From NCBI GenBank assembly GCA_963820525.1, contig CAWGAA010000003.1, positions 480,001 through 544,000 on the forward strand: 64,000 nt of DNA, read 5' to 3'. Below, one piece after another: positions 60,985 to 64,000 of this stretch. The stretch is from an uncultured Spirochaetota bacterium. GTDB taxonomy: Bacteria > Spirochaetota > Spirochaetia > SZUA-6 > Fen-1364. The translations under genes were made by a program, and so were the position numbers. The stretch's first letter is position 1, and each line of letters starts with the position of its first letter. The notes under the pieces are model-generated. The model did no database searches and was not told where the DNA came from. It worked only from the letters and a program-made list of their open reading frames with translations.

Positions 60985-61237
60985 CTACCGCCGCCGAGCG
61001 CCGGGGACGCGCTGGAAAGCCCGATTCGCCAGCAGATCCACGTACTGGGCGCGAGCTTTCTTATCCCGCAGGTCGATGCCGATGCCGCGCTTGAAAAGCC
61101 CCGGCATGATGCCGGGAAGCATGATTGCGCTCATCATCTGGATCAGCACGCAGGCGATCTCGCGCTCCGTCGTTTCCGGGAATCTGAGGCGCATTCTCCG
61201 CGCAAGGGGGGTGAGGAACGCGTTGAGCCTGCGGATG
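60985..61237 (-). pseudogene. C-terminal remnant of a helical protein, possibly a TetR-family C-domain
   Basis: Reads IRRLNAFLTPL...IDLRDKKARAQYVDLL to a stop; upstream sequence is antisense SDR; no own start. Confidence 0.4.
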
Positions 61238-61810
61238 ACCTCTCCTCGCAGGAGGAGGTCCGATCCCTGGCCCGCCGTGTCCGCCTTGGCCTGGACCATC
61301 TCGATGTCCTGGTGAACAACGCGGGAGTCTTCAGCTCCGCCTACAGGGAGAGCGCGGACGGGATCGAGCTTCAGTTCGCCGTGAACCACCTCGCCGCTTT
61401 CCTGCTTACCGGCGAGCTCCTTGCCCACCTGGAGGCCGCCCCGCGCGCCCGCGTCATCTGCGTGAGCTCGGGCTCGCATTTCACCGGCCGCATCCATTGG
61501 GAGAATGTCTGCCTCACAGGGCGCTACTTCGGCCTTGCCGCATACGATCAGTCAAAGCTGGCCGCCCTGCTCTTCAGCTACGAGCTCGCCTGCCGGTTGG
61601 GGCCGTCCAGCACGGTGAGCACCTACGCGGTGGACCCCGGGCTGGTGAAGACCGATATCGCCGCGAAGGGGGGAGGGCCCCTGGTGACATTGATCTGGCG
61701 GCTTCGGAGGCGAAAGGGAATCAGCCCCCAGGAGGCGGCGGACTCCATCGTCTTTCTCGCCTCCCGCCCCGAGGTCGAGGATGACACCGGGATGTATTGG
61801 AAGGAGCGAA
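61237..61810 (+). pseudogene. SDR (retinol-dehydrogenase-like) remnant lacking its N-terminus
   Basis: DLSSQEEVR, LDVLVNNAG, FAVNHL, VSSGSH, YDQSK, DPGLVKT; no TGxxxGIG or start; runs on antisense into the next gene. Confidence 0.75.
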
Positions 61811-61854
61811 GCGCGGCGCGCCGATTGTCGGCCCCTCTCCTGGGAGGCGCTCTC

Positions 61855-62772
61855 CTACCTGGCGAACGCCAGAAAGGGATTCCGCTGGGTGAGCCCACAG
61901 ATCGTGTCGCCGTCCAGCCCGGAGGACGCCAGCGCGGGAAGAAACTTCTCCAGCAGATACGTGTAGGGCTTCTGTTCCCCGCCCCGGGATTTGGCGGGAT
62001 CGAAATGGCCCCTGTCCTGGCTGAGAAGAAGCTGATCTCCCATGCCGGAGTCGAGCATCCGGTGAATCCGCTCGATGAAGAAACGCTCGGAGTCGGGAGC
62101 GCCGATGGCATCGTATTCGATCCATGCCCCGCGGCGCGCCGCGGCCAGGTTGGTCTCGAAGTCCTCTTCGATGTGGGCATGGATCCAGATGAACCGATCG
62201 GGGGACAGGCCGAGGGACTCGATGATCCGAAGCTCCTCCATCACGACGCCGCCCATGAGGGTGTGGCTGCCGATCACGGCGCCCGTCTCCCGAGCCGCCC
62301 GGGCCGCTGCGCGAAGGACCTTGGTCTCCGTCGGGGTGAGGCCGTTGTCTCCGGCGCTCAGCTTGATCCATCCGGCGCGTATGCCGCTCTTTTCGATTTC
62401 ATCTTCCAGCTCGCCGCGCATCCATTCGAAGAGGGCGTCCTCATCGGCGGCGTGCACCCAGGAAGGGACCCACGGCTCACGATACACTCCGGTGGGGACC
62501 ACCAGGGGAAGCTGGGACGCCTCGGACACGGCCCGCAGGATGTCGGCGCGCCTGCCGACGCCGACCGTGCTCGCCTCGGCGATGACGCCGATTCCCTGCC
62601 GCCGCGCCTGCTCCAGCATGGGAGCCATGATCTTCACCACTTCATCGGTCCGTGCTTCCGCGTGACCGCGCGTGCCCGGCGTTCTCAGATCCACGAAAAC
62701 GTGCTCGTGGGGGAGAAACGTGCAGGCTGTGCACTCATCGATGGGGCCGAGCGTTGTCATTACGTGCGCCAT
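61855..62772 (-). CDS. Phosphotriesterase-family (PTE/PHP) metallohydrolase
   Basis: TTLGPI, HEH, GWIKLS, GSHT, IHAH, LLLSQD, NP; start ATG 62772. Confidence 0.9.
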   Translation of the reverse strand: MAHVMTTLGPIDECTACTFLPHEHVFVDLRTPGTRGHAEARTDEVVKIMAPMLEQARRQGIGVIAEASTVGVGRRADILRAVSEASQLPLVVPTGVYREPWVPSWVHAADEDALFEWMRGELEDEIEKSGIRAGWIKLSAGDNGLTPTETKVLRAAARAARETGAVIGSHTLMGGVVMEELRIIESLGLSPDRFIWIHAHIEEDFETNLAAARRGAWIEYDAIGAPDSERFFIERIHRMLDSGMGDQLLLSQDRGHFDPAKSRGGEQKPYTYLLEKFLPALASSGLDGDTICGLTQRNPFLAFAR

Positions 62773-62915
62773 GGACCCTTCCTTTTTCACTGAACGAGGG
62801 TCGGGAAGCATGTGTGCCTCCTCTTCCTCAAATGTAGCGTAATTCCGTGTCTCCTTCCAACGTGGCGGCCGAACACGGCGTCACCCCGATGTCATCAACC
62901 ATCCCGTGCGGACCC

Positions 62916-63083
62916 TATCCGCTGGAGATCGAGGTGGATGGCAATGTCAGCCGGGACAACATCCCGCGCAAGATCGCGGCGGGCGCGAACGTCCATGTGG
63001 CCGGAAGCTCCTCGCTGTTCGACGGCGCGGGCCGGGCGGCGAACATCAGGCGGCTGCGGACGCTCCTTGACCGGGCGGCGTAA
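62916..63083 (+). pseudogene. C-terminal scrap of a ribulose/allulose-phosphate 3-epimerase
   Basis: IEVDGNVS..NIP...AGANV.VAGSSSLF; the rest of the gene is absent. Confidence 0.7.
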
Positions 63084-63137
63084 TGAAGGCCGCCGCCCCG
63101 CCCGCCGATGGATGCCCGTCTTAAGCGATGCGGGGCC

Positions 63138-64000
63138 CTACCCCGTCCACTTTGTTCCGCGCTTGTCCTGCCAGGGCCCCCCGTCCGTGTACAGCTCAGG
63201 ATGCAGGATCCTCAGTCGGGGATCCTCAGCCGCGTCATGCTGGAGGGCCATCCATTTCGGATAGGGGGTGCCGGGGTCGGACACTTCATTCAGCAACTTC
63301 AGGTCATCCGCGGACAGGCGCATATCCACGGCCTTGATGTCGTCTTCCAGGTGCTCGATCTTACGTGCCGCGATGATCACGCTGGAGATCGCCGGCCGGG
63401 AAAGAAGCCACGCGAGCGCCACCCCCGATGGGCTTGCCCCGTGCCGCCGGGATACCTCTTTGAGGGCGTCGATAATGCGATACCCCTTCTCCCTGTCGAA
63501 CGGCACGAAGGAGCCTGCTTCCGCGAACCGCGTTCCCCGGGGCGGCGGGTTTCCGCGGTCGTACTTTCCGGAGAGGAAACCTCCAGCCAGCGGGCTCCAG
63601 ATGAGGATTCCGATCCCGTAGTATTCTGCAAATGATTGAAACTCGTGCTCTAGATCGCGGCCTACCAGGCTGTAGTACATCTGGGCGGTCACGTACTTCT
63701 CCAGGCCCAGGCGTGCCTGCATCTCGATGGCCGCTGCGCCCTGCCACGCCAGATAGTTGCTGAAGCCGATGTAGCGCACCTTGCCCTGCCGCACCAGGTC
63801 GTCCAGGGTTCGCAGGGTCTCCTCCAGCGGCGTGCTCGTGTCCCAGGAGTGGAGCTGATAGAGGTCGATGTAATCGGTTGCGAGCCGCGTGAGGCTCGAT
63901 TCCACTCCGCGCATGATGTTCACGCGCGTGGCCCCGGCCCTGTTGAAGTTCCCGCTCATGGGAAGGCGGACCTTCGTGGCCAGGACGATCTCCTCGCGGA
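63138..64000 (-). CDS. Aldo/keto reductase, 5' end outside window
   Basis: IVLATKV, SLTRLATDYIDLYQLH, GKVRYIGFSN, WSPLAGGFLSGKY. Confidence 0.93.
   Translation of the reverse strand, partial: REEIVLATKVRLPMSGNFNRAGATRVNIMRGVESSLTRLATDYIDLYQLHSWDTSTPLEETLRTLDDLVRQGKVRYIGFSNYLAWQGAAAIEMQARLGLEKYVTAQMYYSLVGRDLEHEFQSFAEYYGIGILIWSPLAGGFLSGKYDRGNPPPRGTRFAEAGSFVPFDREKGYRIIDALKEVSRRHGASPSGVALAWLLSRPAISSVIIAARKIEHLEDDIKAVDMRLSADDLKLLNEVSDPGTPYPKWMALQHDAAEDPRLRILHPELYTDGGPWQDKRGTKWTG

Noticed and set aside
61312..62793. 493-aa ORF as a single gene
   Set aside because: SDR fragment reading through into the antisense of the phosphotriesterase gene.

Overview
GC-rich bacterial chromosomal segment, probably from an uncultured Spirochaetia-like anaerobe (an inference from protein style, not proven). 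It holds about 55 genes and one tRNA-Arg(CCT). I see no CRISPR array, rRNA, transposase or phage structural gene. Blocks from left to right: (1) 1-5155, a metal/redox-stress-type cluster with ICMT-family, DUF2933-like, DUF5676-like and His-rich small membrane proteins, an MFS pump, an internally deleted methyltransferase, an FNR/TrxR-like flavoprotein and an atypical SDR-fold protein. Two oppositely oriented sigma70-type promoters there carry the same CsoR/RcnR-like operator. (2) 5247-31749, mostly housekeeping genes (FAH family, rpiA, PAS-PP2C, rlpA, GT2, tRNA-Arg, MMPL, RACo/ASKHA, nadE, PhzF, PLP decarboxylase, DinB, lysA, ddh, carB, stand-alone GMP synthase ATPase subunit), interspersed with gene scraps. 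(3) 33296-44016, a 3047-aa cyclic beta-1,2-glucan synthase preceded by mgsA, a small ORF and a catalytically degenerate class III cyclase. (4) 44238-46778, a four-gene operon: an intact tyrosine recombinase, a Cys-rich small protein, a paralogous recombinase lacking exactly the segment with the catalytic tyrosine, and a 99-aa ORF. This is the best candidate for an undescribed system. (5) 46795-56009, a starch/maltodextrin locus (GH57 amylopullulanase, MalEFG-type ABC, LacI, malQ). (6) 56200-64000, a possible ART-fold ORF coupled to a Ser/Thr dehydratase and radA, then an MCP, deletion remnants, a phosphotriesterase-family gene and a partial aldo-keto reductase. All family calls come from motif recognition by eye; no searches were run.
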